Source: Octopus bimaculoides | Taxonomy: Eukaryota | Reading direction: 5' to 3' | Assembly: GCF_001194135.2 (NCBI RefSeq) | Contig: NC_068993.1 | Location: 32,851,014-32,915,013, forward strand | DNA length: 64,000 bases | Part shown: positions 53,960 through 64,000 of the stretch, piece by piece | Layout of the letters: the number at the start of each line of letters is the position of its first letter | Position numbering within the stretch: the first letter of the stretch is position 1 | Notes under the pieces: generated by a model | Database searches by the model: none | The model's input: the letters and a program-made list of their open reading frames with translations, nothing else | What the model was told of the DNA's origin: nothing | Translations under genes and position numbers: made by a program

Positions 53960-55196
53960 CAATGTTAATTCTCTAAATGAAGTATTAACAGTAACTGCAC
54001 GATAAAGTGTAGTATATTGCCACTTAAGTGTGGCTGANNNNNNNNNNNNNNNNNNNNNNNNNNNNNNNNNNNNNNNNNNNNNNNNNNNNNNNNNNNNNNN
54101 NNNNNNNNNNNNNNNNNNNNNNNNNNNNNNNNNNNNNNNNNNNNNNNNNNNNNNNNNNNNNNNNNNNNNNNNNNNNNNNNNNNNNNNNNNNNNNNNNNNN
54201 NNNNNNNNNNNNNNNNNNNNNNNNNNNNNNNNNNNNNNNNNNNNNNNNNNNNNNNNNNNNNNNNNNNNNNNNNNNNNNNNNNNNNNNNNNNNNNNNNNNN
54301 NNNNNNNNNNNNNNNNNNNNNNNNNNNNNNNNNNNNNNNNNNNNNNNNNNNNNNNNNNNNNNNNNNNNNNNNNNNNNNNNNNNNNNNNNNNNNNNNNNNN
54401 NNNNNNNNNNNNNNNNNNNNNNNNNNNNNNNNNNNNNNNNNNNNNNNNNNNNNNNNNNNNNNNNNNNNNNNNNNNNNNNNNNNNNNNNNNNNNNNNNNNN
54501 NNNNNNNNNNNNNNNNNNNNNNNNNNNNNNNNNNNNNNNNNNNNNNNNNNNNNNNNNNNNAAGCCCGTCGTACACATCTGTGTGTCTGTGTATGTATATA
54601 TATAGGCGCAGGCGTGGCTGTTTGGAAAGAAGCTTGCTTCCCAACCACATGGTCCTGGGTTCAGTCCCAATGTATGGCACCTTGGGCAAGTGTCTTCTAC
54701 TATAATCTTGGGCCAACCAAAGCCTTGTTAGTGGATTTGGTAGATGGAAACTGAAAGAAGCCCGTCGTACACATCTGTGTGTCTGTGTATGTATATATAT
54801 ATTTCCAATTGAGTTTATATATATATGTTTGTATGTCTGTGTTTGTCCCCCCACCACCACCTGACAACCGATGTTCGTGTGTTTACATCCCCATAACTTA
54901 GCAGTTTGGCAAAATAGACTGCTAGAATAAGTCCTGGGGTTGATTTGTTCGACTAAAGGCGGTGCTCTAGCATGGTCACAGTCGGGTATGTTCCTAGAAG
55001 TAACAGAGTTTATTTAATGAGATACTCCTTATAACATCACCTGAGTAGATGCATATGCACTGAGGGATGCACCACAACCAGTTGTACAGAATCCAGAATC
55101 CCTCCTGCGGGGGATCAATGCAAGATGCATTGAAATGATTGTTGTGTGCAATAAAATTTCTCATATATTCCATTTTACATCTCGATCATTTGTTAC

Positions 55197-55495
55197 ATGC
55201 GGAGACTCCCTTCGGTCACAAGTCCGGGCAAGGTTGTTCATGGAAGACCAGCAGTCACCCATGCATACCGGCCTCCTCTCTCCATGCCACTAGTGTTATC
55301 CAAGAGAAAGGCTAAGGGGCCAATACAGCTTGGCACCAGTGACGTCGCAACTCATTTCTACAGCTGAGTGAACTGGAGCTACGTGAAATAAAGTGTCTTG
55401 CTCAAGAACACAACACGCAGCCCAGTCCGGGATTCAAACCCACAACCTCATGGTCGTAAGCTCGACGCTCTAACCACTGAGCCATGTACCTTCAC
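55197..55495 (-). mobile_element. tRNA-derived SINE with CORE/V-like central block; relative at about 26960-27170
   Basis: Minus strand: TGGCTCAGTGG (A box), GTTTGAATCCC (B box), TTCTTGAGCAAGACACTT...CAGCTGTAGAAATGAG. Confidence 0.7.
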
Positions 55496-55572
55496 ATTTG
55501 TTACATTTATATATATACTTACTTGGAAATGGATGTGTCGCATTCAATTAAACAATAAGTAATATATATATG

Positions 55573-55756
55573 TATACATGCATATATGGGTACAGGACAT
55601 CACCAACAGTACAAATAACATGAAATACATAAACAAGGAAAAAATTAGTTCCATTTTTTTCTCGTTGTTTACGTATATTACTCGTTTTTCCCTCGTTTGT
55701 TTACATATTTCATGTTATTTGCACCATTGGTGACGTCCTGTGCCCATATATGCATG

Positions 55757-55760
<4 letters not shown>
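55573..55760. repeat. Intronic foldback with arms of about 65 bp
   Basis: ATACATGCATATATGGGTACAGGACATCACCAA.../...TTGGTGACGTCCTGTGCCCATATATGCATGTAT. Confidence 0.8.
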
Positions 55761-55796
<36 letters not shown>

Positions 55797-56438
55797 TATT
55801 TATTATTATTTAATGGAACACAACGCATCCATTTCCAAGTAATTTTATCTTCACCTTTTTGATGCAACTCTTTACTCTATACTATTTTCTTCCTCCATCC
55901 TTCTCTAATTCCCTTTTTCTCCCCCTCCCGCCTTCACTGTTTTCATTTCCTCACGTGACCTTCTTTCTTTTCCTGCATGGACGTTTAAATGAGCGGACAT
56001 GTTTTTCTCTCTCTCTTTTATCTTCTCTCTTTTCAAGAAAAAATGTTTCTCTCAGCATTCACTATTTTCCTCTCATTCTGGTCTAATGACCCTCATGTTT
56101 GTTTTCGTTCAGTTTCCTTGTATGTCTCCACTGTCATTTTTTTGTTCCCAACTTTGACCCTCCATAAATCTAAAATTTTATTTTAGAATTTTGGGGAGCA
56201 ACTGTCTTTGAAGACTCATATTGTCGTTGAATGCTTGTAATGAGGCATAGATAGACAGCCGACAACTGATGAATAGCTCTTTCTCTGTGTTAATTTGTCC
56301 TGTTTTCCATTCTTCTTTCGTTGTTTGCATATATTACTCATTTTTCCCTTGTTTGTTTATGTATTTCATGTTATTTTCACCATTGCCAATGTCCTGTAAC
56401 CATATATGCATATATATATATATAAGTTATATATTATT

Positions 56439-56476
<38 letters not shown>

Positions 56477-56506
56477 TTATTTATTTATTTATTATANNNN
56501 NNNNNN

Positions 56507-57692
56507 CAGTAATTACAGCTTGAATTCTGTGAGGTATGGACTCGTACAAAGTTTGAATTGTTTCCAAAGGAAGTTTTGTCCATTCTTCAGCTAAAACAGT
56601 CTCCAGTTCTTGGAGTGATGATGGTGGAGGATATCGACTCCTTACTTGTTTTTCTAAAATTCACCATAAATGTTCAATAATATTGAGATCTGGGGACTGT
56701 GGTGACCAGATAAGATGTTCAGCTTCACTAGAATGTTCCTCGTGCCATTCAATAACAACTTTAGCTGTGTGAATTGGTGCAATATCATCCTGAAAGACTG
56801 CGTTTCCCTCCGGAAACAGTTCTGCAACCATAGGATGAATTTGATCAGATAAAATGCTTAAATAGTCTTGACTGTTAATTCTGCCATGAAGGGAAACCAT
56901 TGGGCCAGCAGATTTCCAAGATACAGCCCCCCAGATCATCACAGATCCTCCTCCATGTTTAACAGTTGAAAGAAGGCAGTCTGGATCAAATGTTTCTTTT
57001 GGCTGTCTCCACATGTATATTTGGCTGGTTGTCGGAAATAAGGTGAAGGATGACTCGTTTGAGAAAATAACATTCTTCCACTGTCTTAGGGACCAATTCT
57101 GTAGGTTTTTACTCCACTCTAAACGTTTTGCAACGTTTGTTTTTGAAAGTAGTGGTTTTCTGATTACAGCCTTCCCATGACATCTGGCTTTGTACAGCTC
57201 CCAGCAAACAGTTTTTGTAGAAACTGGGTTCTCAAGGTGGTCATTAAGCTCAGCAGTAATTTTGGGAGCTGTACTTTTGTGATCCTTTCTAACAATTTGT
57301 GTAAGAGTCCGACGGTCCCTATCTGAAAGTTTTGGTTTTCTTCCGGAGTTTTGTTTCGACGAGGTTTTTCCCCTCTTTCTCAAAGGCTGTCATTACTTTT
57401 GAAACAGTACTTCTTGCTACACCAAACTTTTCGGCTGTTTTTGTTATGCTCGCGCCTGCCATATGAGCACCAACAATTTGACCTCTTTGAAAGTCCAATA
57501 GATCTGTCAATTTAATGAATTTTAATTACCTTTTTCTGATGATATCTGAAAAGAAACAGCAATTTTAGCAAAACATATTAAGCAATACTAATAATAAATT
57601 AAAAATCATAAAAAGCTTTTGATGATTTTATAGATATTTCAAAATTATGAAGCTATGATTCTGGGTGTTTCCTTTATTTTGTCCAACCCCTG
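56507..57692 (-). mobile_element. Near-full-length Tc1-family transposon (DD36E spacing), inactivated
   Basis: 5' TIR CAGGGGTTGGACAAAATAAAGGAAACACC flanked by TA at 57693. Transposase runs 57510 to about 56510, with one frameshift (about 57370), a premature TGA at 56661-56663, and FSNES in place of FSDES. The 3' TIR is lost at the N gap. Confidence 0.92.
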
Positions 57693-57726
<34 letters not shown>

Positions 57727-57930
57727 CAAAGTTTTAAATTTTTACATTTAAGAAAGATGTTTATATCCATGTATTTAATCCAATATTAACATTCCTGTAT
57801 ACAGCTATATTTGACCAAAATATATTTGGTCAAATATAGCTGTATACAGAAATATTAACATCGGATTAAATACATGGATATAAACATCGGCGTCAAATCT
57901 CTTTCTTAAATGTAAAAATTTAAAACTTTG
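57727..57930. repeat. Near-perfect palindrome of about 200 bp in an intron
   Basis: Centre is GCTATATTTGACCAAA-ATATA-TTTGGTCAAATATAGC. Arms are about 95 bp with a 13-nt insertion in the right arm. Confidence 0.9.
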
Positions 57931-58029
57931 GATATATAAACAAGTAGAACGATCCTTAAGGAGTCTAATTTAGATTTTTTGAGGTGAAATCTCATGCTAT
58001 ATTGGTAACGATTACAGAGTTTACTTTGA

Positions 58030-58061
<32 letters not shown>

Positions 58062-58085
58062 CTGTTTATCTCTCCACATATACAC

Positions 58086-58142
<57 letters not shown>

Positions 58143-58177
58143 TATCTCTATATATATATTATGTTTTCACTTGTCAG

Positions 58178-58350
58178 TGGACCCTGGGCAGTAACAAAAG
58201 AAGTCCTCCATGCTGAAGGAATTCCAGGTCTCTATAAAGGTTTGACCAGTACTATACTCAGAGAAATGCCTGGATATTTCTTTTTCTTTGGTGGTTATGA
58301 GTTAACCCGTCATTTGTTTATACCAAAAGGTGGCACTAAAGAGGATGTGG
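58178..58350 (+). CDS. SLC25A15: Ornithine carrier coding exon 3 (GPWAVTKEVLHAEGIPGLYKGLTSTILREMPGYFFFFGGYEL...EDV)
   Basis: Acceptor TTGTCAG ends at 58177 and donor GTAAGG is at 58351. GT+T across the junction gives Val. REMPGYFFFFGGYEL closely matches ORNT1 REVPGYFFFFGGYEL. Confidence 0.95.
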
Positions 58351-58379
58351 GTAAGGTTTTGCTGTTTTATTTTTTAATA

Positions 58380-58442
<63 letters not shown>

Positions 58443-58477
58443 GTTAGTTATCTAATTTTTATCATGTGCTTTTACTG

Positions 58478-58941
58478 CACTAACAAGTACAGCTCTAGTC
58501 TGTTGGCTTTGATTTCGCTATCTGTGTGTATTGGCATGTCCCAGAGCATGGTTGCTTTGTCATTTTCTGAGACCTTTTCTGAGATATGCCTGTACCATCT
58601 TTTTTCTCTTGTCATTCCATAGTGTTGGCATAGTTTCCAGTGTATATGGGTCCCAACTCTGTCATGTATATGGATATATTCCTTCTTAGCCAGGACTGGG
58701 CAGCCAGAGACAATATGATTTATTGTTTCTTCCCCTTCACCATATATTCTGCAGTTACTTATTGTATTTTCCTTCATTATGTTTTTGGTGGGAGGCTTTG
58801 ATCTTGTGCTGCAATTAAAAATCCTTCAGTCTCTGCTTTGAGTCCTGAGTTTCTCAACCATTGTTGGGATTTTACTTTGTCTATTTCTGTTCTGTTTAGC
58901 TCATCCCACCATTTACCATGTAAGGGTTTTTCCTGCCATCG
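58478..58941 (-). pseudogene. RLE-type (R4/Dong-like) retrotransposon fragment, CCHC knuckle region
   Basis: LKAETEGFLIAAQDQSL...CRIYGEGEETINHIVSGC...HDRVGTHIHW...LWDMPIHTDSEIKANR. Confidence 0.85.
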
Positions 58942-58999
58942 TTTTATTATTATTATCATCATCATCATCATCATCATTAGTCATTTAACTTATCTATCT

Positions 59000-60310
59000 G
59001 TGTCACATGTCAGCTCCATCCTGCAGCTTAAAAATGCAACACTTTCAACACATTGACCTGTTCCAAGTATTGCTGCCATCTGAATACTTCCTATGAAGTT
59101 TGGCATTTGCAGCTTTTGATGCTATAACATCACTGTCTTTGAGGTGGTTCCAAGTGTTGCAACTTTTTGTCTTTATATATTGGCATATTCCATATGAGTC
59201 TCACCTAATCATTCTCTGCTACAGATAAAGGTAATGGTTGGTGCTCATACCACTTGTTGGAACATTCTAGCCCATTCTTCTTACATCACTCCCAGTGTAT
59301 TTGCACTGCTACTTTCTCATAGCATTTTTTGTATTCCTTTTGGGCTAGTTTTGCGCGTCCACTTATTAATAATATATCTAACTGTCTCAGATGATTTTCC
59401 ACATTGTCTGTTGTTGTTGTTGTTGTCGTCGTCATTGTTGTTGTTTTGGTTTTGCTTTAATTTATAAATTTATATGAGTTGTGCCCAAGTCTCAACCAGA
59501 GATGTCTAGGGACAACAATGTTTTGCATTTAAAGATGCTGAAAGGTGAGGTGCCATGCAATTGAAAATGCTGATGTCAGTGGGAGAAATAAAAAACACAG
59601 AGTAAGGTTGCATTTATATTGAGAGAAATTTACATAAAATATGTGAGGTACACATAAGAATGATCTTTCATTATTCACTTGTTTTATGGCTGCCAGGGAT
59701 TTGGTCTACATATATTTTTGCTCCTCTTGATGTCATTCCAAGTGCCCCAATAATAATATATAATGTTGTTGTTTTCAGATACCACATTCTTCTGATTTCA
59801 GTCTCCAGATCCTTACATTTGCTCAGTTTTTCAAACATTTTCAGAGATGTGTTTTTGTTGGCCAGAGCTACAAGATCAGTCAGATCGGTTTGTCTGTATT
59901 TCCTGATCAGTCTGAACACTGAAATTCGAAAGGATGGTAACTTTGGCATTCTGGGCAACTTGTGGTGGGTTGTGTTCTCACCAATTGTTTTTGTGAGGGA
60001 GTTTGTTTGTGTGACATAGTGACCAGTGTATGTACTGAACTGCCCTCTCATATCTTTGCAAGTATTCTGTTGGTGCTAGTCTGCTGCATCCAGAGATTAT
60101 GCAGTTGATTGTCTCTGAGTGCACTCTGCATAAGTGGCATAATGAGCTGCTTCATATTTCAGGACATTACTCTGGTAATTCCTAGCTGGAAGGGAATGGT
60201 CCTGAGCAGCAATGGTATCCCCCTCAGTTTCTGGTTTGAGAGCAGAGCATGACAGTCATTGATGAATGAGGGCTTGATCTACATCAGGGTCCCAGAATGG
60301 CTGGTCAATG
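59000..60310 (-). pseudogene. Two further diverged RLE-type fragments (about 59000-59400 and 59640-60310)
   Basis: KEYKKCYEKVAVQIHWE...KWYEHQP; CHLCRVHSETINCIISGC; KNTSLKMFEKLSKCKDLETEIRRMW...IIGALG. Confidence 0.8.
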
Positions 60311-60454
60311 GTATCACTTTTTTGCTCCCCAAAAGTGATGAAACAACATAATTCTCAACACTGAAACTACAAATATAAATACTGGACAACTCAGAACAAC
60401 ATCTTTCAGACAAGTGTGTGTTCAAAACAGACTTGATTCATTGAGGCAAGGAGA

Positions 60455-60503
60455 CTTTGAGACACCAGTGTTTCAACCTTGTTATGTATCTCTTCAGTCA
60501 AAG
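60455..60503 (-). ncRNA. Type I hammerhead-like motif with weak stem II
   Basis: Minus strand: CTTTGA-CTGAAGA-GAT(ACATAACAAG)GTT-GAAACAC(TG)GTGTC-TCAAAG. Confidence 0.55.
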
Positions 60504-62216
60504 CTACCCCAGACTAATGAATCTAACAAGTGTTTTGGCTCTAGTTTATAGAATTAAACAAACAAATTGTTTATTGATGCATGTTGGTGTCTGCTAACCA
60601 CTAATAAATCAACATGTGCATGGTGAACAGTGAGAATCAAAACTACAATACACATATTATTATATTCTAGCAGATTCAAGTGTGATTATGCTTCTTATTA
60701 TTGTATTTCATCATTGGAGTACAGCTATACACATGAACAAAGAACAAAAACAATTACATTTGAAATAAAATAGAATTAAAATAAAGTCTCTTAAATGAGA
60801 TGTAACTTCCCAATTTTCCTACAGTTATTGTTTAGCATCATGTTGACCATGATTATGATCAAAGGCTTTCCAATCATGACCATCTTGTCTTCAGTTTTTT
60901 TTTTCCAGACTGTACTTTAGACTACATTTTCCAATGAGTGTAGATTGAAAAGGATTTTGTCATTATTTTTCTGCCCTTCAAGTATCAGCTCATTGTAAAC
61001 TTCATCCATTACTCATAACATCACCTTTCAATGTTGGTTTGGTCAACTTTCTTCTAGGCATCAAAGGTGACATCATCGTTTCTCATCCCTGCCCTGACCC
61101 TTTCTCACATCAACAACCCAAGTAAATTAACTTTGCTCATCCACTGAGGAGGATAGGAGGGACACATTGAGATGTATAAGTCACTTAAAGCCTTTGTTGT
61201 TAATAGTCAAGTGAGATGAGTGAGTGACAGGGAGAGTGGAGTCTATGGAGTGAAGTTTGAGTAATGAGTGTAGCTTGAATAGTAGAGATGGACTTGTTCT
61301 AAGAAATTCATGTCTTGGAGAGAAATAGGATGTATGAGCATCATTCCTTTGGAACTCCCTTGCTGCTCATAATTTTCCTGCTATTATTAGCCTGCAATAA
61401 ATCTAGTGAAATGTTAGTGACATTAATCTTACCAGTCTTGGACGACCTACAAACGACGATCAGAGGTGGGGAAACTTTTTAGTGCGGCAGGCAAAAATTT
61501 CCTAATAAAGGTCCGCTGATGGATCACAAGTTCTAATTCTTATATCTAATTCTTAAATCTTATATAATTCGATATACATTAATAAAGATAAGTTTAACAC
61601 ATTAAAAATGCTGCTCCTGAATTCAGGACGTTTATATTACTTATGAGGTATTCTATATTTTTCAGCTAGAGTGTACTTGGATCTCAAGAGGGTGGTACAA
61701 ACCTAGCAATATGTGTTTTATAGTGAAAACANNNNNNNNNNNNNNNNNNNNNNNNNNNNNNNNNNNNNNNNNNNNNNNNNNNNNNNNNNNNNNNNNNNNN
61801 NNNNNNNNNNNNNNNNNNNNNNNNNNNNNNNACGAGTATTGTATATATTTTATAATTGAAAACTTTACTATATTTTGTACATACGAGTATCTCAGCCCGT
61901 GGGTGCAATTGCACCCTCGGGCAGGGGTTTCTCCACCCCTGCTCTAGACCAAACCAATAAAACAAATCCACGCATTAATGTAGTTATCTCCCCTTAACTA
62001 TCATTACATATTTGACACTTTATTATCTGATAATTTTAAGTAGTAAGGAAGATATTTCTTGCTACAGAATTTTCTTTTGTGTAGTTGTTTGACCACAGTG
62101 AAGATCCTTTTGCTTCTGCTATTGGTGTTGTTGTTGTTCTTATTGTTGATAAAGATGTGCTTTTGTTGCTGTTTCTCTCTGTCCAAGTTTTATAATAATA
62201 ATAATAATCCTTTCTA

Positions 62217-62343
62217 CAGGGTGTCCACAAGGTCTGGGTACATGGAGTAAATAAAATCATAACATAAACAATTAAATATAAGAAATAATAATTTCTTAAA
62301 GTATGTGTTAACCCCCATGTACCCAGACTTTGTGGACACCCTG
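62217..62343. mobile_element. 127-bp Tc1/mariner MITE with TA TSD
   Basis: TA|CAGGGTGTCCACAAGGTCTGGGTACATGG...CCATGTACCCAGACTTTGTGGACACCCTG|TA. Confidence 0.9.
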
Positions 62344-62671
62344 TACTATAGGCACTGGACCTGAAATTTTGTGGGAGGGGACTTGTCGACTCGATTGACC
62401 ACAGTGCTCAGCCAGTACTTATTTCATCGACCCCAAAAGGATAAAAGGCAAAGTCAACCTTGGCAGAATTTGAACTCAGAACATAAAAACAGACTAAATG
62501 TCACTAAGCATTTTGTTTGGCGTGCAAACCATTGTGCCAGCTCACCAATAATAATAATAATAATCTTTTTTTCTATAGACATGATAATGTATGCGTATAA
62601 ACTTGCACACATATTTCCATTGAATTGAGTTATTTTATTTTAAATGTTTCATCTGTTTTGTCATCTACCAG

Positions 62672-62833
62672 GTCCAGTAGGAACCATTATTAGTGGTGGA
62701 GTTGGTGGACTAGCTCTATGGACAGCCATATTTCCAGCTGATGTTGTTAAATCTAGGATCCAAGTTCAAAGTACAGTTGGTAAAGCAGCACCATCGTTTT
62801 TATCAGTATTTCTTACGGTCTTAAAAACTGAAG
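62672..62833 (+). CDS. SLC25A15: Ornithine carrier coding exon 4 (GPVGTIISGGVGGLALWTAIFPADVVKSRIQV...LKTE-G); final exon lies outside the window
   Basis: Acceptor CTACCAG ends at 62671 and donor GTTAGT is at 62834, phase 1 on both sides. Carries the third carrier signature PADVVKSR. The four exons total 799 nt with no stop. Confidence 0.94.
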
Positions 62834-63967
62834 GTTAGTCTCTTCTTTATTTAATATTTTCTTCTTTATTTTTGTTTTTCAGGTTTTTCATTTCTATATA
62901 TTCTTTTGTCATTTCAATATTATTTAATCTCTACCTTTCATTATGGTATTACTTGGATGGTTTGACATAACAAGCTTTCTGAACTTTTACCACCCTTTTC
63001 TTATTCTAGTGACTATACTTTCAGAACATCCTCCTCCACTGATAATTAGGTCACCTAGGTAGCAGAAATTATTTACTACCTCCAGAGAACCTCCTGGGCT
63101 TTTGGGAAGAATTATTTCTCATGTGTTTTTAGTGTTTATTGCTCTTGTGCATCTTCCACATACAAAGTCTCCTTTCTCTGTCAGTTTTCATTTAATACCA
63201 TTACACCTCTTGAGTTGATTAGGAAGAAAGTCATGCCTAGCATAGTTCCTAGAATAAGAACAGGATGGAGAAAGTTCAGAGTGCTGTTACCTTTGTTGGT
63301 AACAAATGGTCTTTCTCTCAGAGTGAAAGGCAAGTTGTATTATACTTGTGTACAAACAACAATGCTACATGTAATAGGACATGGACCCTGAATGCAGAAG
63401 ACATACAAAGACTAGAAAAAAATGAGGCTTGTATACGCCATTAAATGTGCATCATCAGTGTGCACATACAACGAATTGAAAATATATTAAAAGGAAAATC
63501 GGACATAAGGGGAATAAGACGAAATGTGGAAAAGGGAAGACTGTACTGGTATGAGCATGTGATGCATATGGATAAGGACAGCTGTGTAAAAAAGGGTTGA
63601 TTACTTAAGGTAGTTTTTAGAAGAGAGATTCAGAGAGAAATGGACCTCAGGACTTTGAATCTCACAGAGATGACAAAGGACCAGGACAATTGACTATATG
63701 TAGCACTTGAGAAGATCTGCCCATGTTAGTGAAACTAAGGTTCTGAACCCCTTGCATAATTTACTCACCAAACCTTCTTCTTTATCACTTACCTAAATGC
63801 AGTGCTCTGCTGCTGTGATTAAATGATACTTCTCATAACTAAGATCCACTTCACTCAACTTCCATCCTTCTTTCATATCATTGATTCTCTCCACCCATAT
63901 TTTACATTGATCACATAGTTTCAGTTCTGCATTGGAATGAATTTGGTAGATGGAAACTGAAAGAAGC

Positions 63968-64000
<33 letters not shown>

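Noticed and set aside
54561-54800. Repeated AAGCCCGTCGTACACATCTG... block suggesting a tandem SINE
   Set aside because: It abuts a large N gap, so it cannot be distinguished from an assembly artefact.

Overview
This is AT-rich, gapped eukaryotic genomic DNA, dense in microsatellites and transposon relics. The repeat landscape looks like a coleoid cephalopod (Octopus-like) draft assembly; that is inferred, not proven. One host gene is well supported: a + strand mitochondrial ornithine carrier (SLC25A15/ORNT1-like). It has four phase-consistent coding exons (41659-41734, 44959-45346, 58178-58350, 62672-62833), and its last exon lies beyond the window. A CpG-retaining block at about 11.1-12.0 kb may be its promoter, possibly shared with an unidentified minus-strand gene. 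The rest is mobile DNA: tRNA-derived SINEs, RTE and RLE (R4/Dong-like) LINE fragments, a Penelope-like GIY-YIG relic, Helitrons, hAT, mariner, a near-complete Tc1 with DD36E spacing, and many MITEs/foldbacks. The most striking non-obvious signal is a fully base-paired type I hammerhead ribozyme (9162-9235) just downstream of the Penelope endonuclease. At least seven further variant or degenerate hammerhead-like motifs are scattered through the window. Hammerheads in Penelope-like elements are a known association, so this is a good candidate instance rather than a demonstrated new system. All structures were paired by eye; no searches or folding were run.
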